A DNA stretch of 64,000 nucleotides from Trichinella spiralis (GCF_000181795.1 NW_003526945.1:2067848-2131847), one strand, 5' to 3'; shown: positions 1 to 14,400, numbered from the stretch's first letter. The notes: generated by a model not told the origin, from the letters alone. Translations and numbers: made by a program.

Positions 1-1957
1 AAAAAAAGAGGATTTACCGCGGGGTATTTATTTTCGGTCGAAAATTGCGAAAGCGACCCCACTACCCACGGATAGTTATGTAAAAAAAAGGGCAAATGTT
101 AAATTCCGAGGTTGGTAAATGGCATTTTTAATTGTAGAATTTAATTAGATAAAATCACGCAACTCGAAACAACAGATTTATGATCGTTAGACGAGTCTCG
201 TTTGCAAATAACCGCTGGCGTGAGCTAAAAGAGACCATCGAGTAATTCAAAATTCCGTGTCTACCAATCACTTTTGGCGTGAGCGAAAAGAGACTACTCG
301 GGTACATTTTGGACGAAATGCGAAGCGACAGACCACCACACTAGTATAAAAGCAGCTGTGGCAGGCGAGCGAGCGCAGTCGTCGTTTGGCGTTGTGTTCA
401 GTGTGGTGGTTGCGTTGCGCTGTTCACGTGTGTGTATGCAGTCGTGTTTATCAGCAGCTTTTGATCTTTTTCAACTTATATCATTTTCAGCCTGCGTATT
501 ACGCTAATTATATGCACAAGTGGATGGGTTCCATCGAAAATGGCAAGTAGTGATATGTTGCTGGTTAATCCAATCGTGTATTCGTTTGGTGGAGAAGCGC
601 AGTAAAGTGGTTTTGTCAGTGCAACAAAGATCAACCGTTATAAACATGAAAAAAATCTAATCGACAACGTATTAGTTTCAAATGAAGGGATGATGTCATT
701 GATTGCCGGTAAAGCAATAACGTTTTTATGTCGTGAGGAATTGGAAAATGGTTGTATAGTGACGACTGTTTTCCGTTTGTTGTGTCGCATGTTGCACTTG
801 TTTTCACGTCACTTCCACGAATGCTAGCGAGCAACACATTCGCCATGAACGAAATGCGAAATCAGAATGCAATTTCTGAATCGAAATTGTTCAGGACGAA
901 TGAGTTGTTTAAACCGTGTGGAAGGAACATAGTATGCGCCGCTGAAGCGGTCTCACGTTTGAAGCCAGCCAGTGAAACAAGCAGCATCGTCATCTTGCGG
1001 AAGAAGTCATTCTGGCTGTTCGAGTCATCCCATACGCTCGTTTGGGAGTAAAGTTACATTGGAGTAACGAGGTGGCTTGGTTTTTGACCCACAAACACAT
1101 ACTCCACCAGCATGGAAACGTGTGGATGGAAGATATTTCGAGATTGCCGATAGAAGACGATCGCCACGTGCACTCCGGAGCCTGAAATGCTGAGAATCTT
1201 GAAATGCACGTGAAATTTAGAAGTGTGGCTCCGGTGTAAAAACGAAGAAAAAGAAAATATAAAAACAGGTAGAAATGACAGGAAAAGCGAAACATGAAGT
1301 GAAATATGTGTACTTTGTGATATGAGAGATAAACTGTACCTGTAAATCAAAATTGATTACTTTCTGCAGTATAATGTGGAGTGCTGAAAAGATGTCTGCA
1401 GCACGTCAAGCTTGGCTTTTGAAATGTTAGAACATTCCTGCCGAATCTATAGAAATTAGTGAACTGCAATGTGGGTGAAAGAAGCGGATGGGTGTGCCAT
1501 TTTGAAGAGGGTCGCCATGAGGAAAGCAGAGCTTCGACGAGTATTCAACTCGCGCATTTGACAAAAAAATCGTCAAAACATGGCTCTGAAGACTACGGAT
1601 ATGACAGAGAAGGCGCCGACGATGGAAGAGAGCGTTGGCCAGAAGAAACTCTGCCATTGATGAACCACCTTAAATTTGCATACTTTTCGTTTCATTACAA
1701 CTCTTCTTTGCATTTTATTACCGTTTACGTTTGTTATATCTACTTATTTTTCAATAAAAAGTGCTTACAATGAATCTGTTGTTTCGGGTTGCGTGATTTT
1801 ATCTAATTAATTTACAATTAAAATGCATTACAACTCGTATTTACATTGCCTTTTTTACATACTATCGTGGTAGTGTGTCGCTTCGCATTTCGACGAAAAT
1901 ATACCCGCGTAGTCTCTTTTCGCTCACGCCAAACGTGATTGCTATACACAGAAATTT
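1..1957. mobile_element. Putative non-autonomous or degenerate DNA element with long terminal inverted repeats (unclassified)
   Basis: Bases ~1-180 are the reverse complement of ~1773-1925 (ttaattagataaaatcacgcaactcgaaacaacagatt vs aatctgttgtttcgggttgcgtgattttatctaattaa), and ~250-350 match the reverse complement of ~1855-1957. The motif tggcgtgagc(g/t)aaaagagac recurs at ~216 and ~275. The interior has only broken ORFs. The ends abut the window edge and an N-gap. Confidence 0.65.
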
Positions 1958-2566
1958 NNNNNNNNNNGTAATGAGAAGTGTTTATATATTTGGCAAAGTT
2001 CCAATTAAATTTTCTCCACAAACAGAGTGCATTAAGTAAATAAAGAGCAATGAAAAATGTACAGTAGTCATATTTATCAGCAGAAATGAATAAAATAAAA
2101 ATTTGCATGCGAGGTCGTTGGCTTTGTTGACCTAATAGAAATCATTTCAGTTTGAGGCCGTCCGTGGATGGTAGCTCAGCGTTTTGATTGGAAAATTGAC
2201 TGAAGACAAACATTGAATCCAAACACTATTTTTGCTTTTTATTCATTATTATTTTTTGGAATAATTTCTGAAAAATAAGTTTTCAATCAACATCCGAAGA
2301 CAATGAACGTTAACGATGAGAAAATGGCGCATTTAGCAGTAAGTGGCAATTTTTTCATTTTTAAGTCATAATCACTTAACAATACAATAGAGAATCGAAA
2401 TTGATTAAATACACCCTGTACGCATTGTTTATCTATTATTAAAATACGATCTTTCGAAAATCACCTTTGCAGTAGCTAACATGCACTTTTAATTGACCAC
2501 AAGTAAGCTTTTGCCCGCAAATTGTTCACTTAAAAATTAGGTTCATTTTAGCTACTTGGTTTTCTG

Positions 2567-3671
2567 ACTTATGAAAATTTTTCAGAAATACGTAGGTGTG
2601 TTTTGTCTAAGTCAATTTTGTTTTGTTATGGCGTTTTTTGTCAGATAGTTTATATTTTGACTGAAGTTTAAATGTCAAGGTCATTTTTGAATTTTCAAAT
2701 AGTCCTTTCCTTATTGGTAGTATTTAACGGTCCATTTCTTCTGTTTATATTGCAACGTGGCTTAGGTTAGACTTCATCTTCAGCCAAAAGTTCTAACGCA
2801 CTAAAAACCGGTTTCTAGCGCTGCATTATGCAAATAACTATTGCTATAACGCGCCTTATCATCAGTAAGGGTGCGTTTGTTTGTTTAATTTACGTGCCAA
2901 TTAGTAGCATCGTTGAGCGTTCTCTGAGTTCATTATAGCGTTAAGTAGCTGCTGAAGTCGGTTTCAGAATTACTGACAAGTATTTCATTTTTCTGCTTTT
3001 TATTTTTTATAATCTCTATTTATTGTATACTCATTATGTAAACAATTATTTTTTAATTACCTTTAGTGTCAGGAGTTAATTATTATATTTGTTGCTCACC
3101 ATCTCTACGTTTGTGATAAAGTGAGGNNNNNNNNNNACTTATGAAAAATTATCAGAAATACGTAGGTGTGTTTGTCTAAGTCAATTTGTTATGTTATGGC
3201 GTTTTTGTCAGATAGTTTATATTTGACTGAAGTTTAAATGTCAAGGTCATTTTTGAATTTTCAAATAGTCCTTTCCTTATTGGTAGTATTTAACGGTCCA
3301 TTTCTTCTGTTTATATTGCAACGTGGCTTAGGTTAGACTTCATCTTCAGCCAAAAGTTCTAACGCACTAAAAACCGGTTTCTAGCGCTGCATTATGCAAA
3401 TAACTATTGCTATAACGCGCCTTATCATCAGTAAGGGTGCGTTTGTTTGTTTAATTTACGTGCCAATTAGTAGCATCGTTGAGCGTTCTCTGAGTTCATT
3501 ATAGCGTTAAGTAGCTGCTGAAGTCGGTTTCAGAATTACTGACAAGTATTTCATTTTTCTGCTTTTTATTTTTTATAAATTTTGTATACTCATTATGTAA
3601 ACAATTATTTTTTAATTAGATAGCACTTAATTATTATATTTGTTGTAATTCTACTTTGTGATAAAGTGAGG
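2567..3671. repeat. Near-identical ~550-bp direct duplication flanking a 10-N gap (2567-3126 / 3137-3671), probably an unmerged contig overlap
   Basis: Both copies start acttatgaaaa...cagaaatacgtaggtgtg and end gtgataaagtgagg. Differences cluster near the copy ends. Confidence 0.85.
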
Positions 3672-3733
3672 ACAATTTTGATTTAATATCATTATTACAG
3701 GTTTAAAGAATGGAGAAAAAGAAAATGGGAAAA

Positions 3734-3775
3734 CGCGGACGACACGAAGCAGATCGCGGACGACACGAAGCAGAT
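3734..3775. repeat. 21-bp tandem repeat (cgcggacgacacgaagcagat) x2 running into a 512-N gap
   Basis: Two exact copies end at the gap edge (3776-4287), so the gap may be a collapsed minisatellite. Confidence 0.7.
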
Positions 3776-4758
3776 NNNNNNNNNNNNNNNNNNNNNNNNN
3801 NNNNNNNNNNNNNNNNNNNNNNNNNNNNNNNNNNNNNNNNNNNNNNNNNNNNNNNNNNNNNNNNNNNNNNNNNNNNNNNNNNNNNNNNNNNNNNNNNNNN
3901 NNNNNNNNNNNNNNNNNNNNNNNNNNNNNNNNNNNNNNNNNNNNNNNNNNNNNNNNNNNNNNNNNNNNNNNNNNNNNNNNNNNNNNNNNNNNNNNNNNNN
4001 NNNNNNNNNNNNNNNNNNNNNNNNNNNNNNNNNNNNNNNNNNNNNNNNNNNNNNNNNNNNNNNNNNNNNNNNNNNNNNNNNNNNNNNNNNNNNNNNNNNN
4101 NNNNNNNNNNNNNNNNNNNNNNNNNNNNNNNNNNNNNNNNNNNNNNNNNNNNNNNNNNNNNNNNNNNNNNNNNNNNNNNNNNNNNNNNNNNNNNNNNNNN
4201 NNNNNNNNNNNNNNNNNNNNNNNNNNNNNNNNNNNNNNNNNNNNNNNNNNNNNNNNNNNNNNNNNNNNNNNNNNNNNNNNNNNNNNNCCAAGGGAGGGAG
4301 ATTATGCGTTTTGTCTGCCCAACAGAGTGGGGGGAGATTTTGCATTTTTCCTTGTCTACAGGGGAGAGGAGATTTGCGCTTTCCATGAAAAAATCGTGAG
4401 GGTGGGGGAGATTTCGCGTTTTCGTCGATTCAGCGGGGGGGAAGGTTGCTTTTTTTTGTGAATTTTTTTTAAAAAAAAGTTTTCGGTTGCGGTGGAGGCC
4501 TGCCTTTCGGTCAGCCCGACCGCCCCCGCGCCGCCCCCCGCCCTCCTGCCCCGGGGACTCCCAAGGCATCATCGCCTCCTAGCCCACGTGCTGGCCTCAC
4601 GATTTTGGCCGAGATGACCTTGGGTGGATCCATCTGATCCACCCTCGACGGACCAGATGGCCATTCTGATCCGCCGAAGACGTAGCTTCCGCACCAGATG
4701 GCGTGCGTTGCCAGGCAGATGTGAATCGTTACGCCTACTAAGCCTTGCCGCCTCATGC

Positions 4759-5880
4759 ACATCAAATTGCCGTCACACCTGATACTCAATATTAATGTAC
4801 TGTCCTGCAGAACCAACTCATGTTTGCATACTTACCGTATGATTTACAACTCATCATTATTGATTTAATGTATTACGCCTACTTATCTTTTCAAATAAAA
4901 CTGACAACTGTAAGTAGCTGTTTTTTGCTTTCCATTTAAAATAATCTAACTATTAAAAAACCCTGCTAAAATATGTAGTTACGAGTGACGTTATTATATC
5001 TAATTAGAAAATATTATTACCCACTTTTGTGTTTACATTGTATGTTAATTATTTATTAAAAAACTCACTGCTAAAATATGTTGTTACGAGTGACGTTATT
5101 TAGCCTAATTAAAAATTAAAATACTCAGTGTAGCATTTACGTTGCCTTTTAAACTTTCTAATTAGCATATTAAAATTAATCTCATATTTAATACATTGTT
5201 TTCCTACATGTTACGGATTAATAACATTCTATTTATAGAAGATTACTTCCTATTTATAAAAAGATTAAACTCGTTGCACCTTGTCTAAGCTAATTGTTTA
5301 ATTCATTTATACCAAGTTTATTTTGCCACTGCCTAATTAAAGGAGACCCCGATTAACATTTTCATAAGTAAAAAATTTATATTCAAACAATAGCTAATTC
5401 ACAAATAATTAATAAATAAAATTATGCCCATTTAATGTTTACCATATTACATCCCTTTTAGCTGTTTACATTACACTGTTTTAAAGTAGAAATCTACTTT
5501 GACATTACTTTCTTTAAAGTAAAAAACTGCTTTATACTAAAAATATATTATTATCACTATAAAATTAATGAATAATTAAAACTTTTTATAAGTTGAAATG
5601 TAAATGAAGAACTGATAAACTTCTCTACTTTAAAACAGTGTAATGTAAACAAAAACTGAATTTGCCCAATTATTAGATGAATGAACATTACATTTTATTT
5701 ATCATTTAAGTTCCTAAATGAATAAATTAATGTATGGAATGTTAACAAATTTAAACTATTTAGCATGATTATAAGGGGAAACTCTCCACGGAGATTAATT
5801 TCAAATGTATCATGCCTAAACTGATGAAAGGTGCAACGCCAAATGAACTAGTTAAAGGTGTGACGGCAAATCTGATGTCA
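4759..5880. repeat. Degenerate nested foldback or palindromic element (MITE-like)
   Basis: Perfect 28-bp inverted repeat at 5463-5490 / 5624-5651, an 11-bp IR at 5272-5282 / 5828-5838 about the same centre, and a 14-bp IR at 4767-4780 / 5856-5869. There is also a ~33-bp direct repeat at ~4963 and ~5068. Confidence 0.55.
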
Positions 5881-8539
5881 ATCATTGGCCAAGTGTCAGA
5901 GCCCAGCGTAACAATAACACAAACGCATAGCGACGCTTACCGTTCCTCTTGGGGGAGTAACGATCACCACTAGATTGGCACCGAAAACAGAGTCTCGGCA
6001 CTACGTCAATTGCGAATTTGCATAACTGCCTCTAGGACAGAATACGTCTTACGAATTCACATAGGGTGTTGAAAATCCCCATTTGCACAAGATTTTCAAA
6101 CAAACGTTCCAATTACCCACAACAAAATGGACAGGGTTCCATCTTCTTTTAAAACCCGGGTTCTTCTGGGTCCAGCCACGGGGNNNNNNNNNNGTGAGCT
6201 TTGAAAATATGGACTTTCATCATTTGATACGGTTAGGGTCGCGTCGTGCAGTGTAACCCGTCGAACTCCTGCACACCACCCTATCTCACATTCCTCCTAT
6301 CCTTGCACTGCTATTCTCAAACATTTACTTATTCTAATACTCAAACTATAGCAGTGCTACAAACTCACTATGCTCAAAAATTGTCCTTTGAAATGATCGA
6401 CAAATTATTCAACCATTTCACTTTCCGCAAATGAACCCTAAACTCAACTCGACAAGGCATGGGACATGAAAACGTTCAAATGCGGAAAGCCACTCAAATT
6501 TATTAAAATAATACTCATGATCTATGTCCAGTTACTCTAATTAACAATCATCTGAATTAAATGCTCGATAACTTACAGCTCGAGTTTATATAAATTACAG
6601 ACTCAAGAACTCCTCAGTGAACTTTAGCTAATTAGCCTAACTCAAAGAATTATACTTACCGAACTTACCCTCGTCCTCTTGGACGTCCACTTTCATCTTC
6701 TATTCTTCTTTATCTAAATGTAGAAGAATTAATTCAATGAAATAATTTTATAATAAATAAAAAACAAAGCCGTTTTTATTGTTCTTCTTCGTCCATCATT
6801 GTATTGAAAACGCCATTGTTCATTCGCCGCACACCGTTCGCCTACAATCATTTGAAATGAGTTTCTAGAGCAACTAATAGTAGCCTCAGGAAAATTTACA
6901 TAAAGTTCATTTCTATTGATTAACAAGTATGAAACGTATTTCATTTCGTTGAACAAATATTATGCAGGCCACTCATAAGCTCAAAAGCAAACAAATTGAA
7001 ATGCAAATTTAAATCGAAACTGCACCACGCCTTTGTTTGAAAAGATAAGATTCCTCTATATCTAATAACACACCTTACTCAGTATTTAAAGCAAAAATAG
7101 ATCGTGCAAACATTGCTGTCGATGCCTCTGTTAGTCAACATAGTCTATTTAACTGGCGCACTGCTAATATGAAGTTAATTTTCAAACCGCCCAATTTGCA
7201 TAAAAGGCAGACACTGCGCACGTAGCGGTAAACGCCGGCTTACGTAAGTTGGATATGCTACTCTAATATGAATTAGAACATGATGTCAACAAAAAATAAA
7301 CAATGATTGAGCACACTAGTTGCGCTGTATGCCAAGCAAAATTAACTAGATGAAAATTATGATTTATCTAATGTCTTCATGGTGAAAATTTTAGAAAAAA
7401 ATACAAAGTGATGATAAAATTAAACTGAAAACGATTTATGTATGAAAACGGTATTTTTCTGTCATGCATAATAGATAATACTATACGCTTAGTGATATTT
7501 GACCTGCTCAGTTCAAAGTGAAATTGAATGCCATAAGCAAGTATAAACTGAAAATTTTATCGTCTTCTCCAGTTAAATCTAGACGATTACCTAAAATAGC
7601 AAATTGAAATATGGATTTCTTCACAACCTTCAATGTTCAACTTTATGCAATTGAGAATTCTGCTTTAAAAGTATTTCTAGTTTTACGCATCTTCAAATTG
7701 AAAATTGCTTAAATATTTAAATATGCATGCATTCATAGCAATTTATCAGGAAAATAAGTCTCAGTATTAAATTTTTACCTGAATGTAGCATCCTGCAGTT
7801 GCACCTTGGTTACGCACCGCCACCCTTTGTTGAACAGCACTGTAATAAAATAATAACTATGGATGTGCAACATTTGCTTATTACTTAGTAACCTTCTTAT
7901 CATTAATTTGGTTATTTAAATAATGTATATTACTGTATTTTCAATTATTATTTCAATTATTATCAATTTTCAATTATTCAATTTATCAACTAATTATCAT
8001 TCCGTGATTTTATTTTTGAAATATACTTTAAGTTAGTATTATAATAATTTTTTTACTTTTCCTCATTTCATCTGTTTTATTGCTTTATATATTCCTATAA
8101 TGGAATTACGACATTTATGTTGAATGCGACTTGTATTTATTTTACTGAGAACATTGCAGCTGTGGTACAGCCAATCCGGCTATCATCAGTTTGATTAATA
8201 CCTGCAGATTTTCATATACTTTTTATTTATTGCTTTGTGATTCATGCCTGAATTTCAGATATATTTTAATGATGTTTGTGATTTTTACCTTTTGTACTTG
8301 TTTGCGCACAAGGAGACGTCCGATGATTTTATGCCAAGCTTCAGATTCCCGCGTGAGCCCAACAAAATGGTCAACCTGATTAACAGATACAATTTTCCAT
8401 AGCCGCCACAAATTCACTTCCTTTCCACGGCTTCCCGTTAGTGACGTTTTTTTCATTTAAACAAAATTAGAATCTCAATCACGTGATAGAATAACTTTCA
8501 AATTGATAATTTTAATTGTATTTCAAATGAACGACACAT

Positions 8540-9410
8540 TTCGATCCCTTTTGAAACTGAACTTTTCTATTACAAGGTCATTATCAATGGAAATGTCAGA
8601 ATGAATGTACACATTGCTGCAAGTCTGTTCAGTCGTTCTTCTGTCATGGAAGTCCGGAAATAGCTTTTTAGATATTTCACTGCAGTAGAGCTTCGTTCTG
8701 CGTTGGCTGAGGTGATTGGCTGAGTAACGAAAATCTGTAGGAGTAAGGATACCATCGGGTAATAATCGTTTGGGCGCAATGCAAGAGCATCAAGCGCGTT
8801 AGCTGGATAATGATAAAGAAGTACGTTTTTACACTTTCTTTTCAGCGTGTAATTTCACACTTGAGTAGCTCGTTTTGGTCGTCGATATATCTTTACTAGG
8901 TGACCATCAGATTTTCTAATGGGCTTAAATCTTACTGATCAGAATCGACATATAAGGGCACTTAATGGCATGGCATTATTGCGGTGTGGAAGCAATTTGT
9001 CGAAGAACTACTGAATAGCGTTCTCCAAAAAAGTTTTCCACACCCTCAGTGGGTAATATTCTCTGTTTTCTTTTGGGTCGATAGATCTGCTCATTTGCCT
9101 GGATATATTTCGAGGGAGGGGTATTAAATCACTGTACAGCTTTTCAGCTGCTTCCAAAATCACACAAAAGCATTCCCTTGATTTACTCCTCCATTCTTCT
9201 AGAATTCATATTGTCTCAACATTGTAATACATCAAGGCGAGAGACCTGGAGAGGTGTTGAAAGCGGCAAAGTTAAAGAAAGCACTTTGTTCAGAACCGCC
9301 AACAAAAGAACAATACTGCTTCGACATACTGCATCTCGTAACTGCTCTGCTTTCGAGGCGGCGCTACTGTCATTCCACTCAGTAATAAGCTGCAAAGAAT
9401 CTACTTATGG
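8540..9410 (-). mobile_element. hAT-family transposase remnant (C-terminal dimerisation domain), pseudogenised
   Basis: ORF 8570-8779 YPMVSLLLQIFVTQPITSANAERSSTAVKYLKSYFRTSMTEERLNRLA matches the hAT dimerisation consensus (P.TSA.AERSFS.LK.LK..LR.TM.EERL..LA). Upstream broken frames give REYYPLRVWKTFLEN, similar to ZMYM/THAP-associated hAT transposases. Multiple stops and frameshifts. Confidence 0.8.
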
Positions 9411-11459
9411 CTGATACTAATGGCTCATCTCGTTTCACAAAGCGTGCTAAGGTGGCCGTATTTTTGGTTCTTAAGCGTACCTTCTACAATCAGCTTCTCG
9501 ATGAAAGTTTTAAGCGCAGTAAATCTTTTGAAGGACCACAATAAAAACAAACCGACCTCTAGAATCACACCAAAACAGTTAAGGATGGCTTAATTTTCAG
9601 AAGACTTAGTAATGGTCAAAATCAAGCAGTGACTTTTTGCAAGCTTTTTTGTGTCTTTAACTACTGAGAAGAAATTGCATAATTAAATCGACAATCAGAC
9701 GCTGTATGATTGCTAGCGCATTCATTGCAGCGCTGCTATTTGACCATAGTGTTGTAAGTAACCGGTGCATTTTTCTGTGAAAATGAATATGCGACTGCTT
9801 CGTTTCAACGACATCTCTATCTTGTGTTGTCATCGACCGTAGATATCTGGCTACTGTTAGCTTGCTAATGAACCACTGATTATCTATTATTTTTGATTAG
9901 CATTTCTATCACACGCTGTCAATGAAAAGGGCTTTTCGCATAAGTGAGAGTTGCATAAAAGTTTCAAAATACAGTCCAAAAATTAATTCTAAATTTCAAA
10001 ATGATTGAAATACAGGTAAAACAATGTCTTCTACTTACATGTTGTCTTTCTTCCTCTGTCAGACCTATGTATGCATTTCGACCACTTTCTTCTCTGGAAA
10101 AATAATTAGGAATTAAAAATTTTAAATCAAATCGCATGAATTTTAATATTATTATCATACACTGTTATTCAGCTTCAATTACTTTCTATAACATGGCTAT
10201 TGCGTATTTGTTTATGTGATAATATTCATGCAAATGACATAACAAATAACCATATAATTATTGAATCACTTACTTGCTTTTAACATGCAAATGAATTTAT
10301 TCATGTACGAAATGGTGAATGATTGCTTTATGCAGGTTCCAGTAATGGCTGTATTGATGTGGTACTTGTGTGTCTGCAGCATCTATAAGAAACAAAAGTA
10401 ATATAGGGATAGGAATATTTTAATGCTTGTAATAATAGCGGAAAAACCAAATTTATTAGTCATATTGGATAAATGAAGCATCGAATATCTGCACATTGTC
10501 GAATATCATTTACCTGTTAATTATAGACGATATGCAAAAGTGAGATCACATTTGCACACCTCGTCTTATGGCGACCAACAAACTAACTAACCACGAAAGC
10601 GATATTCTGCAATATTGGATGATAGTACGCAAAGTTCGGTTTGGAAAAACAACCTAATTCTTGATGAGTAAGAGCGTAATAGCATAAATTAAAAGTGTTC
10701 TTTTATTAATTTGTTTGCTAAAATAAAAGCTATTTTGCTTAAAGGCATGTAATGTGATGAACAATGCAAATAGTATGAAAATTCATTTCATCAAGTTCAT
10801 ATAGCATATTAGAATCTACAATTAGTTGTGAAAAAAAATGAAATTCCCATTCTTGATACTGCCTGCACGCTATGCAAAATATTTTACATTGCCATCAAAT
10901 ATTAAGGACGGAAATAGCTTTATAAGAAAAGAGGAAGAACTAGTTAAGTAATGGACAATGCAATTTTATTACATACTTTCTCCAAAGGATCTCAAAAAGG
11001 AATTCCATTTTTCATTCTCATTACTGGAAATTATCAATCCAAGCACAGAATGAATGTCACTAACAGAAAATAGAAATCCGCTAGTTTTCAGATGGCGTAT
11101 TCTTGAAGTCCTACAATCACAACATATGAAACACAACTTGTTTTTCAGACATAGGTGATGTGGGTGAGTAAAATTCAAAACGCTGCTGGACAAATGGCCA
11201 TATCACACTAATCTAATGAATTGCTAACCACAGAGAGCACATTTTGAAGAGTTGCACAAGAGTAGTTGCACAATATAAAAAGCAATTCACAGTGACTCTG
11301 GTGTAGTAAGAGCAAAATGGCCTAAGGGAAATAGAAAAACTGAGGCAAGAAACATTTCAACAATTTTTGACAGTTCCTCAAATGCCCATCATTTAGTGTA
11401 GGACTGTTCTCAGGGCATTGCTAAAAAATTTCCATCTACAATAATATTCATTTAAGCTA

Positions 11460-14400
11460 CAGAAACTTTCAAAATTGACAATCTTTGTTCTCAGAATATT
11501 TTTGATTATTACAATTCAGAGATAAGAATTTGCCAAATTATCTCATTAGAAAGCTATTTTTGTTTCATGTGCCAGTACTTTTATTCTATAAATTTCAAAT
11601 GCACAAACTGGAAAATTTATCAAATTTCTCAAAAATTCATTAATTTTAGATTATAAAAAAATTTACATACCCATAATTGGGACACAATTGCTTGCAATAA
11701 TGATAAAATTATTTCACAGAATGGCGTAGTTTCTGTGAAGCATGGAATATGTTTCAACGTACAAACCAGTGGATACCTCAAAATATTCGAATAAATGCTA
11801 TGCATGAGCTCAATTGTTTGAAATGAATTGTGAATTTATTTAATTACACAGCATTTGTAATGAAGATTCACCCTGGGCGACTACACATTATATTAATTAT
11901 GCAAATTACAATTGCATGCCTTTTATGTGGCAAAAGTAAATTTAAATATCCACAAATTCGGTCTGAATGAGATGCTTGGTAAATGGAAAAGATGGTAATG
12001 AGAACCACATTCCATTAAATGTTTGCTTTTCAACAAAGTAAACAATTACAGCGCTCGCGTTTTCATTTGCAGCAATTAATGATTATTTAAAAGAAATAAT
12101 TAAAGAAATTCAATTCTATTATTCGTAAAAAAGATACGTTAGTAAAAATCTAACAGATTTGATGTCTGAAATGTTTCATGTGCAGAAATTGGCAGTCATT
12201 CCGGCCGTTGGAAAACAATTACTGATGGAGGACTTCTGTATATATTAAAATACGCAGAACCTCAAATTTAGTGCCCATTTATTCGAAAACTACCATGCAG
12301 TTTAAGATGAAAGTCTCTAAAATCCCATCTTCCATCAGTATGAAACTATAACAATCAAGATAAAGTCAAAATTTTGAAAACTGAATTTTCGCCAATTTTC
12401 GCAGAAACAACCAAGTCTATGACCCATGAAATTTTGCAATTTTTGAGAAAAAATTTTTCTTTTTAAAAATTAAAGAAGTTGATTTTTAAAGATAAAGAAT
12501 TATTTGTTGAATACTAAAAAATTCTTCGAAACTTTCATGATTGTGTATTTCTTGAAAAGTACTTTAAAACGTGCTGCTTATAAAAAGGATTTTAACAAAT
12601 CAAAATAAAAAGAATTGAAAAATGAAAGTTAAATAAATATTTATATGGAATGGTGTTATTAATTTGCACAACAAAACTTTGAATGTTTCCACAGGAAAAA
12701 AGGAATTTATTTTAATAAGAATTGTTCCTGATTTTCATTTAAAATACAGGAACTTTCAAAAATGACAATCTTTGTTCTCAGAATATTTTTGATTATTACA
12801 ATTCAGAGATAAGAATTTGCCAAATTATCTCATTAGAAAGCTATTTTTGTTTCATGTGCCAGTACTTTTATTCTATAAATTTCAAATGCACAAACTGGAA
12901 AATTTATCAAATTTCTCAAAAATTCATTAATTTTAGATTATAAAAAAATTTACATACCCATAATTGGGACACAATTGCTTGCAATAATGATAAAATTATT
13001 TCACAGAATGGCGTAGTTTCTGTGAAGCATGGAATATGTTTCAACGTACAAACCAGTGGATACCTCAAAATATTCGAATAAATGCTATGCATGAGCTCAA
13101 TTGTTTGAAATGAATTGTGAATTTATTTAATTACACAGCATTTGTAATGAAGATTCACCCTGGGCGACTACACATTATATTAATTATGCAAATTACAATT
13201 GCATGCCTTTTATGTGGCAAAAGTAAATTTAAATATCCACAAATTCGGTCTGAATGAGATGCTTGGTAAATGGAAAAGATGGTAATGAGAACCACATTCC
13301 ATTAAATGTTTGCTTTTCAACAAAGTAAACAATTACAGCGCTCGCGTTTTCATTTGCAGCAATTAATGATTATTTAAAAGAAATAATTAAAGAAATTCTA
13401 TTCTATTAATCGTAAAAAAGATGCGTTAGTAAAAATCTAACGGATTTGATGTCTGAAATGTTTCATGTGCAGAAATTGGCAGCCATTCCGGCCGTTGGAA
13501 AACAATTACTGATGGAGGACTTCTGTATGTATTAAAATACGCAGAACCTCAAATTTAGTGCCCATTTATTCGAAAACTACCATGCAGTTTAAGATGAAAG
13601 TCTCTAAAATTCCATCTTCCATCAGTATGAAACTATAACAATCAAGATAAAGTCAAAATTTTGAAAACTGAATTTTCGCCAATTTTCGCAGAAACAACCA
13701 AGTCTATGACCCATGAAATTTTGCAATTTTTGAGAAAAAATTTTTCTTTTTAAAAATTAAAGAAGTTGATTTTTAAAGATAAAGAATTATTTGTTGAATA
13801 CTAAAAAATTCTTCGAAACTTTCATGTTGATGCTTTCCTTGATAAGTACTTTAAAACGTGCTGCTTATAAATAGGATTTTAACAAATCAAAATAAAAAGA
13901 ATTGAAAAATGAAAGTTAAATAAATATTTATATGGAATGGTGTTATTAATTTGCACAACAAAACTATGAATGTTTCCACAGGAAAAAAGGAATTTATTTT
14001 AATAAGAATTGTTCCTGATTTTCATTTAAAATACAGGAACTTTCAAAATTGACAATCTTTGTTCTCAGAATATTTTTGATTATTACATTCAGAGATAAAA
14101 ATTTGCCAAATTATCTCATTAGAAAGCTATTTTTGTTTCATGTGCCAGTATTTTTATTCTATAAATTTCAATGCACAAACTGGAAAATTTATCAAATTTC
14201 TCAAAAATTCATTAATTTTAGTTTATAAAAAAATTTACATACCCCTATTGGGAACCCATTGCTGGAAATAATGGATAAAATTATTTCACAGATGGCGTAG
14301 TTTCTGTGAAGCATGGAATATGTTTCAACGTACCAACCCAGTGGATACCTCAAATAATTCCAAATAAATGCTATGCATGAGCTCAACTTGTTTGAAAAGA

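Noticed and set aside
2567..3671. Apparent tandem duplication as a biological event
   Set aside because: The copies flank a 10-N gap and differ mainly near their ends, which is typical of an unmerged overlap.
3695..4572. Three long ORFs of 216-289 aa
   Set aside because: They are artefacts of translating through the 512-N gap.
4288..4816. GC-rich stretch with short minus-strand ORFs and G/C runs
   Set aside because: No recognisable domain. It is adjacent to a gap and homopolymer-rich, so probably low-quality repeat sequence.
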